Below, piece after piece: positions 1 through 9,088 of a stretch of DNA of 64,000 nt. A program made the position numbers and the translations under genes. The DNA comes from Candidatus Zhuqueibacterota bacterium. Lineage in GTDB: Bacteria > Zhuqueibacterota > Zhuqueibacteria > Thermofontimicrobiales > Thermofontimicrobiaceae. The stretch covers positions 96,001 through 160,000 of the forward strand of contig JBMOPW010000007.1 of NCBI GenBank assembly GCA_049322915.1, read 5' to 3'. Within the stretch, counting starts at the first letter, position 1, and every line of letters begins with the position of its first letter. The notes beneath the pieces are model-generated. The model was not told where the DNA came from and ran no database searches. It saw only the letters and a program-made list of their open reading frames with translations.

Positions 1-828
1 AGAGAAAAAGCGGTCGGCGGCATTGATTTATCCGTTGTTCAAAATGGTGAACCGGCGGCTATGGTCCGCATGGCCATCGAGGTGCTCGGCGGAATTGGCA
101 AATTTGTGAACAAGGGCGATGTGGTCGTGGTGAAGCCGAATATTGGTTGGGACCGCGTGCCGGAACAAGCTGCCACAACGAATCCCGACGTCGTTGCGGA
201 GATTGTCAATCTATGCGTCAAAGCCGGAGCCTCTCGCGTCAAGGTTTTTGATAACACCTGCAATGAAGCGCGGCGCTGCTATATGCGCAGTGAAATTGAA
301 TCGGCTGCTGAAAAAGCCGGCGCCGATGTCAGTTTCATGTATGATCAAAAATACAAAAAAGTGACGATTGAAAAAGGGATTGCCGTTCAATCCTGGGAAT
401 TTTATCAGGATGCGTTGGAGGCGGATGTGTTCATCAATGTGCCCATTGCAAAGCATCATTCATTGTCCAGAGTGACGCTGGGGATGAAAAATATGATGGG
501 CATCATCGGCGGGAATCGTGGAAAAATTCACAACCAGTTCGAAAAGAAAATCGTGGATATGAATCTCGTGGTCAGGCCACAGTTGACCATCATCGATGCG
601 GTGCGCATGCTGATGGCCAATGGGCCGGTCGGCGGCAATTTGAACGATGTCAAAAAGATGGATACCATCATCGCCGGCGTGGATATTGTGGCGGTGGATG
701 CCTATGGCGCTACTCTTTTTGGCCATGCGCCGGAAGACCTGGGCTTCATCCGCGAGGCGCATCAGCGGGGGCTGGGCACGATGAATCTGAAGGAATTGAA
801 GATCGAAAAGGTCAATTTAGCGGCGTAG
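1..828 (+). CDS. DUF362 domain protein (5'-truncated by window edge)
   Basis: Frame is open from base 1 (REKAVGGIDLSVV...). Motifs VVVKPNIGW, TTNPDVV, INVPIAKHH, LGMKNMMG and D-x-VAVD are typical of DUF362. Confidence 0.85.
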   Translation, partial: REKAVGGIDLSVVQNGEPAAMVRMAIEVLGGIGKFVNKGDVVVVKPNIGWDRVPEQAATTNPDVVAEIVNLCVKAGASRVKVFDNTCNEARRCYMRSEIESAAEKAGADVSFMYDQKYKKVTIEKGIAVQSWEFYQDALEADVFINVPIAKHHSLSRVTLGMKNMMGIIGGNRGKIHNQFEKKIVDMNLVVRPQLTIIDAVRMLMANGPVGGNLNDVKKMDTIIAGVDIVAVDAYGATLFGHAPEDLGFIREAHQRGLGTMNLKELKIEKVNLAA

Positions 829-1015
829 CGACAGAGAGCGATGCAGCCATTCCATGCCCTGATGACGCGCCCGGTGAATTCAAGTTTTTCCCCGATGGGC
901 AACTGGCACTCGTGGCGACCTGTGGCATGGCGCTACCCTGAGCCAGTTCCCGGGAATGGGCTGACTGAGATTTCATGCAATTTTATCACGGATATAAACG
1001 TTGCCACAGGTGAAT

Positions 1016-2539
1016 ATGCTCACTGCACGTAGAATTTCACAAGTCGTTTTTTTTCTGTTATTCATCTATCTGTTCATTCGGGCTGCATTCCCGTACGAGA
1101 GTATGATCCCATCGGATCTGTTCCTGAAATTCAGTCCGCTCATTGCCATCACCACATTTCTGGCGACTAAGAAATTTCTGGCGACCATGCTCATTGGTCT
1201 CGCGGTGCTGGCTCTTTCCGTTGCGCTGGGGCGTTATTTTTGCGGATGGGTGTGTCCGCTGGGCGCATCTATCGACCTGGCCGACCGGCTGATTCGCCTC
1301 AAGAAACGGGCCGCCCAACCTGACCGGCGGCTGAGGGCATGGAAGTATTCGATCCTCATTGTGGCGCTTGTGACGGCTCTGTTTTCAACCCAGTTCATCT
1401 GGTTCTTCGACCCGATAGTCATTATGACGCGAACAGTCACCTCGTCGCTGTATCCGGCGTTTGCTTATCTCACCACAGGAATGTTCAACCTTGTGTTGGG
1501 ACTCGGCCTTTTTCAGGATACGTTTTACAGTTGGTTCGATTTTTTGCGGGAAACCGTGCTGCCGTTGGAGCCATTATTCTTTCAGCAGAGCATGGTGTTT
1601 GTGGTTATTTTCACCGCGATTCTGCTGCTGGGGCTCATCGCCCGAAGGTACTGGTGCCGCTATCTGTGTCCGCTGGGAGCGCTGTTCGGACTTGTGGCGA
1701 CCTTGCGCCGGACAAAAGGAATTGTCACGTCCGATCAATGCACTGATTGCGGCTTGTGCAAGCGGGAATGTAAGATGGACGCCATTAACGATGATTTCCG
1801 CAGCCACTCCAGCGCGGAATGTATTGAATGCATGAGTTGTCTGGCAGTATGCCCGGTTCATGCCATCAGCTATCAGTTGAAGCCGGCGCGGGCCGCGCAG
1901 AAGCTGGATATTTCGAAGCGGCGATTTGTGCTTTCATCATTGAGCGGCATTGCTGTGTTGAGCGCGATGAATACTGGTTTCCGAAACATAGTGACTGCTC
2001 AACAATCGCTGCGGCCCCCAGGCGCGCTGCCGGAACCAGAATTCCTGGATCGCTGCGTCCGCTGCCAGGAGTGCGTGAAGATTTGTTCTTCCACCGGCGG
2101 ATGTCTGCAGCCAGCCTTCCTGGAAAGCGGCTGGGAGGGGATTTGGTCGCCAGTGGTCAATGCCCGGCATGGTTATTGTGAGTACAATTGCAATTTATGC
2201 GGCCAGGTCTGTCCCACCGGCGCCATTCACCCGCTGGATTTGGAGACCAAGAAAAAGATGCGGATGGGCACTGCCTACTTCGATAAGAGTCGCTGCATTC
2301 CCTGGTATCGCGGCGAAGATTGCCTTGTCTGCGAAGAGCACTGTCCGCTGCCGGATAAAGCGATAAAATTTGACATCCGCGAAGCGCGCCGACCGGATGG
2401 CGTCTCGCAGATCGTGAAATTCCCTTATGTGGACGAATCGCTCTGCATTGGCTGCGGCATCTGCGTCACCAAATGTCCAGTCGAAGGGCCTGGCGGCATT
2501 TTTCTGACCACTGCTCTGGAACAACGTTGGGAAGGATGA
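1016..2539 (+). CDS. Membrane-bound polyferredoxin, NapH/MauN-like N-terminus fused to NapG/MauM-like ferredoxin
   Basis: Several TM helices with two CxxxCP motifs (FCGWVCPLG, WCRYLCPLG), multiple CxxCxxCxxxCP 4Fe-4S motifs, and LRPPGA...EFLDRCVRC typical of NapG/MauM. ATG at 1016 follows CAGGTG. Confidence 0.85.
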   Translation: MLTARRISQVVFFLLFIYLFIRAAFPYESMIPSDLFLKFSPLIAITTFLATKKFLATMLIGLAVLALSVALGRYFCGWVCPLGASIDLADRLIRLKKRAAQPDRRLRAWKYSILIVALVTALFSTQFIWFFDPIVIMTRTVTSSLYPAFAYLTTGMFNLVLGLGLFQDTFYSWFDFLRETVLPLEPLFFQQSMVFVVIFTAILLLGLIARRYWCRYLCPLGALFGLVATLRRTKGIVTSDQCTDCGLCKRECKMDAINDDFRSHSSAECIECMSCLAVCPVHAISYQLKPARAAQKLDISKRRFVLSSLSGIAVLSAMNTGFRNIVTAQQSLRPPGALPEPEFLDRCVRCQECVKICSSTGGCLQPAFLESGWEGIWSPVVNARHGYCEYNCNLCGQVCPTGAIHPLDLETKKKMRMGTAYFDKSRCIPWYRGEDCLVCEEHCPLPDKAIKFDIREARRPDGVSQIVKFPYVDESLCIGCGICVTKCPVEGPGGIFLTTALEQRWEG

Positions 2540-2605
2540 CGGTTTTACAATCAATGCATCGACTTTTTCAGGTGAATCTCAGGAATCCGAATCACTCCGT
2601 TATTC

Positions 2606-2771
2606 GTAACTATACAAGTTGTTAGGTTCATCGTTCAAAGTTGAAAGTGAATGACCTTTCCTGGTCGATTCCCGCGCTGGTTGCCGGTGTTGAATTGCTT
2701 CAGTTAGTTTAATTTTAATCTCTTGTAAACCTTGACCTGGCATCTTTGGAACTTTGAACTGGAATGGTTGC
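2606..2771. mobile_element. Non-coding miniature element with GTAAC-type imperfect terminal inverted repeats
   Basis: Begins GTAACTATACAAG and ends CTGGAATGGTTGC. Internal GTTCAAAG/TTGAAAG vs CTTTGGAACTTTGAAC inverted heptamer repeats. Flanked by CGTTATTC (2598-2605) and CGATATTA (2772-2779). Confidence 0.5.
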
Positions 2772-2906
2772 CGATATTAGTAACCGATCACAGGGTGGTT
2801 AAGAATGACAGGATAACAGGATGTTTGGGATAGACAGGATTAATAAACTTTAGCTCTTTATCATGTTAATCAAAACATAATCGTGTAAATCACAAAAGGC
2901 TGCGTA

Positions 2907-3352
2907 ATGGAACTTGCAAGCTTGACTGAAAAAATTATTGGCTGTGCTTACAAAGTATATAACATGTTAGGATTTGGTTTTTTGGAGTCTGTTTACCCCG
3001 TGTAATAAAACAAATAGAAATTAATAGCAAGAGAAACAATAGCATATTACACGGGGTGAATGAAAATGCCCTGACAATTGAATTAAAAACAATGGGATTT
3101 GCTGTAGAAAGACAAAAACCCATAAAGGTTAATTATGAAGGAGTAGTCGTCGGCAATTTTAAAGCGGATATCATTGTCGACGAGCTGATCATCATTGAAT
3201 TGAAATCCGTAGAAAAAATAGTAAAGGAGTTTGAAGTCCAGTTGGTGAATTATCTAACGGCCACTATCAAACCAGTAGGCTTATTGCTGAATTTCTCTCC
3301 ACATAAGGTAGAAGTAAAAAGAAAGGTGAGGATATTACCGGATAGAGAATAA
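2907..3352 (+). pseudogene. GxxExxY protein (PD-(D/E)XK nuclease-like family) interrupted by a 65-bp palindromic insertion
   Basis: ATG 2907 reads MELASLTEKIIGCAYKVYNMLGFGFLESVY, then a stop inside the insert. Removing 2996-3060 restores GFLESVY-ENALTIEL...ADIIVDELIIIELKSV...QLVNYL...GLLLNF. Confidence 0.9.
2995..3060. repeat. Short palindromic insertion element with a 13-bp perfect IR
   Basis: ACCCCGTGTAATA (2995-3007) and TATTACACGGGGT (3045-3057) enclose an A-rich loop. Confidence 0.85.
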
Positions 3353-3571
3353 TCCGGTAAATCATTATCATCCTGTTATCCTGTCCAAAGTAAACAAATA
3401 CAACTTTTGATCCCCTGGGATCAATTACCGATATTCAAATTTAACCTAATTAAAATTCAGGAATAAGCGATAATATAGATAACCCGAATTCCCCGGCGAC
3501 GAAGACCGGAATGATATGTAAATGGATATGTTGAAGTGTCAAGTTTTCATTTAAAAAGAGGATCTGCGACA

Positions 3572-4516
3572 GTGAACACGGAAGAATCAGTATCTCAAAA
3601 TACCAATCAAGCGCCAAAGGAATTTTACCAGATCAGCCTGGATCCTGGTGCGGAACTGCCAGTGCGATTGCATGAGTTGGTGGATAAATTCAATATCTGT
3701 TTTCGGGATAATATGTTCAATCTGGTCGTGGACATGGGCAAGGTAAAATTGCCTCCGACAAAATTTATCGTCGCATTGATTGAAGCCACCTCCGAAGCGA
3801 GGCGCATGGGCGGCGATATTAAAATTATCAATATCAGCCCCTCGGTCATGAATAACCTCGTCACGTTTTCGCCCAAGACGTATTTGAATATCGAACCGTC
3901 GGAAAGGCATGCGTTGCGCGAGTTCGGTGAAACTTTTGATAATGAAATTGAGTTTGATATAAACGACAAAATAAAAATTGCTCTTCCGCAGCAGCGAGGT
4001 AGTGCCTCTCCAAAACGTGTGGAATCGAAACCACAGCCAGCGGCAGCGGTCCAGGACCCACCGTATGAGCTGGATCTGGAAGCGATGGATAAAATTCGCG
4101 TCTATAGCAAAGCCGAAAATCTCTACAAGATTTGTGATTTTGTCCTGGAACGCGCGGAGTGCGCCGGCTTCGATGAGCGGGAGCTCGGGAAGATCAAAGT
4201 GACTGTATACGAAGCGTGCCTGAATGTCGTGGAGCATGCTTATTTCTCCAATCCGGACTACATTATCGATGTCTATGTGGATTATAACGAGGAGCGATTC
4301 ACCATTGTCATTCAGGACTGGGGTGAAAGTTTCGAGTTCAATCCTTCGATTTCATACGATGTGGAACAGGCTGTAAAAGATAGGCGGACAGGCGGATTTG
4401 GTCTGCATATCATCAAGCGAACCGTCGATGATATCTATTACATGAGCGATGAGAAGCTGGGAAATCGGTTGGTCTTAATAAAAAAAATTACGGATAATAA
4501 TCAAATCATTCGGTGA
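3572..4516 (+). CDS. STAS (anti-anti-sigma-like) domain fused to RsbW-type HATPase_c anti-sigma/kinase domain
   Basis: N-terminal VVDMGKV...ARRMGGDIKIINISPSV is STAS-like. C-terminal EACLNVVEHAY, IQDWGESF and GGFGLHII are the N, G1 and G2 boxes. GTG start follows AGAGGA. Confidence 0.8.
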   Translation: MNTEESVSQNTNQAPKEFYQISLDPGAELPVRLHELVDKFNICFRDNMFNLVVDMGKVKLPPTKFIVALIEATSEARRMGGDIKIINISPSVMNNLVTFSPKTYLNIEPSERHALREFGETFDNEIEFDINDKIKIALPQQRGSASPKRVESKPQPAAAVQDPPYELDLEAMDKIRVYSKAENLYKICDFVLERAECAGFDERELGKIKVTVYEACLNVVEHAYFSNPDYIIDVYVDYNEERFTIVIQDWGESFEFNPSISYDVEQAVKDRRTGGFGLHIIKRTVDDIYYMSDEKLGNRLVLIKKITDNNQIIR

Positions 4517-4520
4517 GGAT

Positions 4521-4745
4521 ATGAAACAACAAAATTCGCTCTATGAAGAAATGAAAAAATTTAGGAGTGAAAAAAAATTGTACAGTATTGTGTTGCTGGT
4601 ATTAGGTGTGATAGGCTTGGTGCTCCCAATTATTCCCGGCTTTCTGTTTATTGGTCTCGGTCTTGCGCTGCTTTATCCGAAGCAGGGGACAGAATTGCTT
4701 GAAAGGATCAAAAGGTGGTTCAGATCAATATTTTCCATATTTTAA
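4521..4745 (+). CDS. Small membrane protein (PGPGW/DUF454-like)
   Basis: 74 aa with the hydrophobic hairpin GVIGLVLPIIPGFLFIGLGL; GAGGA RBS. Confidence 0.6.
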   Translation: MKQQNSLYEEMKKFRSEKKLYSIVLLVLGVIGLVLPIIPGFLFIGLGLALLYPKQGTELLERIKRWFRSIFSIF

Positions 4746-4809
4746 GATGATGTATTCAATTGGGAATACTTATTATTTGTTTGTATAAACATAGGAGGAG
4801 GAAGTTCAA

Positions 4810-5505
4810 ATGTTTGGATTCTTTTCGATGACAGATTTAATGCTGCTGGTACCGGCATTTCTGCTGGCACTGTACGCACAAATGAAGGTGAAAAGAACAT
4901 ATTCGCACTATAATAAAGTTCCTTCCCGCAGCGGTTTGACCGGAGCTCAGGTCGCCCGTAATATTTTACGCCAGAACAATGTATCGGATGTGGAAGTCGA
5001 GGAGATAGGCGGAACCCTGTCCGATCATTACGACCCGCGGGCGAAGAAACTGCGGTTATCCAGCGACATCTATCATTCATCGTCCGTTGCAGCGTTGGGA
5101 ATTGCTGCGCACGAAGTGGGACACGCCATTCAGCATCGCGTGCAATACGCGCCGCTCCATTTCCGGAACGGACTTTTCCCTGTGGCCAATATTGGTTCGC
5201 AATTAGCCATGCCGTTATTCATCGCTGGTATGTTTTTTCAACGGAGCATGGGATTTTTAATGGACGTCGGGATTTTGCTCTTTGTCGGTGCAGTGCTGTT
5301 TCAGGTCATCACGCTCCCGGTGGAGTTCAATGCCAGCAGCCGCGCTTTGGTGCAGTTGGAGAACGGCGGCTATCTGACGCGCGATGAAATTCAACCGGCG
5401 CGAAAAGTACTCTCCGCTGCAGCGCTCACCTATGTCGCTGCGACCGCAGTAGCGATTATGCATCTTGTCCGACTCCTTTTAATTCGCGGGTCCGGAGACG
5501 AATAA
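4810..5505 (+). CDS. Neutral zinc metallopeptidase (Zn_peptidase_2/YugP-like), membrane-anchored
   Basis: LSDHYDP, AAHEVGHAIQH (HExxH), TLPVEFNASSRA and AAALTYVA; AGGAGGAGG RBS. Confidence 0.9.
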   Translation: MFGFFSMTDLMLLVPAFLLALYAQMKVKRTYSHYNKVPSRSGLTGAQVARNILRQNNVSDVEVEEIGGTLSDHYDPRAKKLRLSSDIYHSSSVAALGIAAHEVGHAIQHRVQYAPLHFRNGLFPVANIGSQLAMPLFIAGMFFQRSMGFLMDVGILLFVGAVLFQVITLPVEFNASSRALVQLENGGYLTRDEIQPARKVLSAAALTYVAATAVAIMHLVRLLLIRGSGDE

Positions 5506-5526
5506 TAACTGGCAAAGAAGTGAAGT

Positions 5527-7059
5527 ATGTGGATGGGCAAACGAAAGACGTTTATCATTGGTTTCATCATTGTGGTTTCGCTGGGATTGGTTTCCTTGTT
5601 GCTGTTCGATGATGCGAACCTGCCGCAGACTCTGACTGCCAATCGTGACTGGCAACATGAGGTTGCGAGCGCCGGGTTTTATCAGCCTGGTCAGCACATA
5701 CAGGACGACATTTTCGACTCCGGCATGTCTTTTTCAAAGGTGGCCAAATCAGTCGTCCCGACTGTGGTTTCCATAAGCAGCACCATGATGATTCGCAGCT
5801 CTGAATTGTGGAATAACAAATTCGATGACCAGGAGCTACGGGAATTTTTTGGGGAGAAGTATTTAAATTTTCCAGTGCCGAGGGAATTTCGGCAGAAAGG
5901 CTCCGGCTCGGGGGTCATTATTTCGACGAAAGGACATATTCTGACCAATGTCCACGTCGTCGAAAATGCTGAATCGATCACAGTGACCCTGTCGGATAAT
6001 CGTTCTTTCAAAGCAACCCTGACCGGCGCTGATCCGATGACAGAATTGGCGGTCATCAAGATTGATGGCGAAGATTTGCCGGTGGCTCAACTCGGCAATT
6101 CCGACTCTCTGGAAATCGGGCAATGGGTACTCGCGGTTGGAAATCCTTTGGAGTTGAGTTCCACAGTTACGGCAGGAATCATCAGCGCGATTGGCCGCGA
6201 TATAAACATCATTGCTGACACTTATGGCGTGGAAAATTTTATTCAAACTGACGCGACCATCAATCCCGGCAATAGCGGCGGTGCGCTGGTCGATTTAAAT
6301 GGCAAAGTCATTGGAATCAATACGGCCATTGCTACCCAATCCGGGTACAGCCAGGGCTATGGTTTTGCCATCCCCATCAATCTCGCCAAGGAGATCATGA
6401 AAGACCTCATGCAGCGGGGCTTCGTCATCCGCAGCTATCTCGGGCTATCGATGCAGGATGTGAACGAGAAAATTGCCAAAGCGTTGGGATTAAAGCGGCC
6501 GACGGGCGTGTTCGTCGATTTTGTGGAGGAGGAGGGCCCTGCGCGGCAGGCCGGTTTGCGGGAAAAAGACGTCATTGTCAAGATCGATAATATGATCGTC
6601 AATAAAGGCAATTATATTCAAAGTGTCATCGCGCAGAAGAAACCTGGCGATGAGCTTTTGTTGACGGTGATTCGAAAGAACCGCTTGCTCAAAATTGAAG
6701 CGACGCTTGGCAAACGACCCACCAAAGAAGTCCGGCTGAGCGGATTGATCCGCGATCGGGATTTTCAAAATCTGGGGCTGGAAGTCGAAAATGTAAGTCG
6801 GCGTTTGGCCGAAGAAATTAATCTGAAACAGAATGAAGGCGTCCTTGTCATTGAGGTCGCCCGCTTCAGCCCGGCGTACGATTCGGGCATTCAGATCAAT
6901 GATGTCATTCTCGAAATCGATGATAGGGCTATCACATCAACGACTGGTTTTGAGTCCATGCTGTCGACATTGGAAAAAGGACACGTTTACATAATTAAAA
7001 TGAAACGCGGCGATTCGATTTTTCATACCTTTGTCGAGTCTCCCGAACGAGAGGAGTAA
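5527..7059 (+). CDS. HtrA/DegP (Do) family serine protease with two PDZ domains, paralog 1
   Basis: N-terminal TM, GSGSGVII, TNVHVV, INPGNSGG, two PDZ-like regions. The catalytic Asp position reads Glu (TELAV). Confidence 0.9.
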   Translation: MWMGKRKTFIIGFIIVVSLGLVSLLLFDDANLPQTLTANRDWQHEVASAGFYQPGQHIQDDIFDSGMSFSKVAKSVVPTVVSISSTMMIRSSELWNNKFDDQELREFFGEKYLNFPVPREFRQKGSGSGVIISTKGHILTNVHVVENAESITVTLSDNRSFKATLTGADPMTELAVIKIDGEDLPVAQLGNSDSLEIGQWVLAVGNPLELSSTVTAGIISAIGRDINIIADTYGVENFIQTDATINPGNSGGALVDLNGKVIGINTAIATQSGYSQGYGFAIPINLAKEIMKDLMQRGFVIRSYLGLSMQDVNEKIAKALGLKRPTGVFVDFVEEEGPARQAGLREKDVIVKIDNMIVNKGNYIQSVIAQKKPGDELLLTVIRKNRLLKIEATLGKRPTKEVRLSGLIRDRDFQNLGLEVENVSRRLAEEINLKQNEGVLVIEVARFSPAYDSGIQINDVILEIDDRAITSTTGFESMLSTLEKGHVYIIKMKRGDSIFHTFVESPEREE

Positions 7060-7113
7060 CAGTCTGAGTTCGATCCGAGTTATCATAAATATTCCTGTCA
7101 AAGAATTTTTTTC

Positions 7114-7146
7114 AAAAGCATCCGGTGGCTAACCGGATGCTTTTTT
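7114..7146 (+). terminator. Intrinsic terminator after htrA-1
   Basis: AAAAGCATCCGG-TGGCTAA-CCGGATGCTTTTTT hairpin with T-tract. Confidence 0.8.
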
Positions 7147-7240
7147 GTTGGGTGGTTGTGTCATATTGACAGAAACATGAACTTACTTGTAAGATGGCTT
7201 AACATGAATAAATATATGAAATAAAAACTGCTGCAGAAAG

Positions 7241-7255
7241 TGGCACAATGTTTGT
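7241..7255 (+). promoter_or_regulatory. Putative sigma54 (-24/-12) promoter of grpE-dnaJ
   Basis: TGGCAC-N5-TTGT, one mismatch to TTGC. Upstream palindrome TGTCA-TAT-TGACA at 7159-7171. Confidence 0.55.
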
Positions 7256-7355
7256 ATATCGGTTAAAGGCGAAGTTTAAACATAGAGTAAGCCCTGAAAA
7301 TATACGCACTCAATGGCAGGCTTCAGTCAGCAACTAAACAAAGGGGACAATTCAC

Positions 7356-7955
7356 GTGTATGTGGAGAAAGGTATGGAGCAGAAAAAGCCAAAAGAATCA
7401 TACGAAATCAAAGAGACCGAAGAGCATGATGAAAGCACTGCCGGCGCAGAGAAGACAGTGAACGACGAGAATGCCGGAAATGGCGCTGTGAAACAGGCTC
7501 TGGTTGATCAGAAATCATCCGAAGAAAAATACATTGAGCAGCTACAACGGCTACAGGCGGAATTTGCCAATTATAAAAAACGCACGGATAGAGAGAGGTT
7601 GGAACTTTCCAATATCTATAAAAGTGAATTAGTCATTTCATTGCTTCCGGCAATCGATGATTTCGAGCGGTTTTTTAATCACGCGCATGGCTGGGAAGAA
7701 GATCTGATCGCCGGGGTGAAGCTCATTTACCAGAAATTAATGGAAAGTTTGAAAGTTCAGGGATTAACATCTGTCAGCACTGTCGGCGAAAAGTTTGACC
7801 CTGAGATTCATGAAGCTATTTCTGTGCAAGAGGTCGAGGACGGTGAAGATGATGTCGTAGCCGAGGAATGGCGCAAAGGGTATAAATTCAATGAAAAAAT
7901 AATTCGTCCAGCACAGGTGAAGGTTGTTAAAACCGGTAAAGGGGAAAAGAATTAA
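7356..7955 (+). CDS. grpE: Nucleotide exchange factor GrpE
   Basis: RLQAEFANYKKR, LLPAIDDFER, GEKFDPEIHEA, KGY..IRPAQVKV. Alternative ATG start at 7374. Confidence 0.95.
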   Translation: MYVEKGMEQKKPKESYEIKETEEHDESTAGAEKTVNDENAGNGAVKQALVDQKSSEEKYIEQLQRLQAEFANYKKRTDRERLELSNIYKSELVISLLPAIDDFERFFNHAHGWEEDLIAGVKLIYQKLMESLKVQGLTSVSTVGEKFDPEIHEAISVQEVEDGEDDVVAEEWRKGYKFNEKIIRPAQVKVVKTGKGEKN

Positions 7956-7957
7956 GC

Positions 7958-9088
7958 ATGCCGAAGCGAGATTATTACGACATATTAGGCGTGAGCGACA
8001 CTGCGACGGACTCTGAGATAAAAAAAGTCTATCGTGATTTGGCGAAGAAATATCATCCGGACGTCAATAAGGGTGATAAAAATGCCGAAACGCGATTCAA
8101 AGAAATTTCCGAAGCATACAATGTTCTGAAGGATAAGGAGAAGCGGCACAAGTACGATCAAATGCGAAAATATGGCGCATTTGATGGCGTCGGTGGAGGT
8201 GGCTTTGATTTCGGACAATTCTGGCAGCAGGGTTCGCCTCGGCCACAACATGGCGGTGGTGGCAGCTTCTCGTTTGAGGACCTTTTTGGTTTCGGCGGGC
8301 TGGGTGATATTTTTGGTGGACTGTTCGATCGGGGTGAACGGACGCGAAAGGAACGATCCGGTAAAAAATACAAAGGAGATTCGCTTCAATCGGAAATCAC
8401 GATCCCGTTTGAGCTGGCGGTCCAGGGCGGTAAGCAGGTCATTCAATTGACGCTGGAAGAGCCCTGTCACAGTTGCGGTGGAAGCGGCGCCGAACGCGGC
8501 ACCCATCCAAAAACATGCCCGGACTGTCAGGGCAGGGGAACCATCTCCATCGCTCAGGGATTTTTTGCCGTGAACCGACCCTGTCCGCGCTGCATGGGAC
8601 GCGGCACTATCATCGAAAAGCCATGCTCGGTCTGTCACGGGGCAGGAGAAGTGAGAACTGAGAAAAAATTGTCCATTACCATCCCGGCCGGCGTCTTGGA
8701 TGGCGCCCGTCTTCGACTGAAAGGACAGGGAGCGAGCGGAATAAAAGGCGGCGCGCGCGGCGATATCATTGTGACGTTGCATATTTCTCCCCATCGGTTT
8801 TTCACGCGCAGCGGCAATGACATTTATTGTGAAGTCCCGATCGATATTCGTAAAGCGATTCAGGGGACGAAAATTCGGGTCAAAACGATTTTCGATAAAA
8901 AAGTTGATATTAAAATTCCCCCCAGGACGCGGGATGGCAAAGTCTTCCGATTGCGCGGATTGGGAATAAAGGCTAAGAGCGGCATTGGTGATCACTATGT
9001 CCTGGTCCGTCTGAATCGTCCTTCTCATTTGACAGAGGATGAATTGAAGATCATCGAAGAGTTCGAAAATAATGGGGAGGCGTCCTGA
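7958..9088 (+). CDS. dnaJ: Chaperone DnaJ
   Basis: J-domain with HPD, G/F-rich linker, four CxxCxGxG zinc-finger motifs, C-terminal domain. Confidence 0.95.
   Translation: MPKRDYYDILGVSDTATDSEIKKVYRDLAKKYHPDVNKGDKNAETRFKEISEAYNVLKDKEKRHKYDQMRKYGAFDGVGGGGFDFGQFWQQGSPRPQHGGGGSFSFEDLFGFGGLGDIFGGLFDRGERTRKERSGKKYKGDSLQSEITIPFELAVQGGKQVIQLTLEEPCHSCGGSGAERGTHPKTCPDCQGRGTISIAQGFFAVNRPCPRCMGRGTIIEKPCSVCHGAGEVRTEKKLSITIPAGVLDGARLRLKGQGASGIKGGARGDIIVTLHISPHRFFTRSGNDIYCEVPIDIRKAIQGTKIRVKTIFDKKVDIKIPPRTRDGKVFRLRGLGIKAKSGIGDHYVLVRLNRPSHLTEDELKIIEEFENNGEAS

Larger units (their letters stand above)
2780..3428. mobile_element. GTAAC-ended miniature element carrying a GxxExxY gene
   Basis: Ends GTAACCGATCACAGGG / CCCTGGGATCAATTAC form an imperfect IR. 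Inner IR GACAGGATAACAGGATG / CATCCTGTTATCCTGTC. Flanked by CGATATTA and CGATATTC (3429-3436). Confidence 0.6.

Noticed and set aside
845..960. GC-rich imperfect hairpin between DUF362 and the polyferredoxin
   Set aside because: No match to a riboswitch consensus I can recognise and no second copy in the window; an Rfam search would be needed.
3056..3352. 98-aa ORF as a standalone gene
   Set aside because: It is the 3' part of the interrupted GxxExxY gene, and its GTG start lies inside the inserted hairpin.
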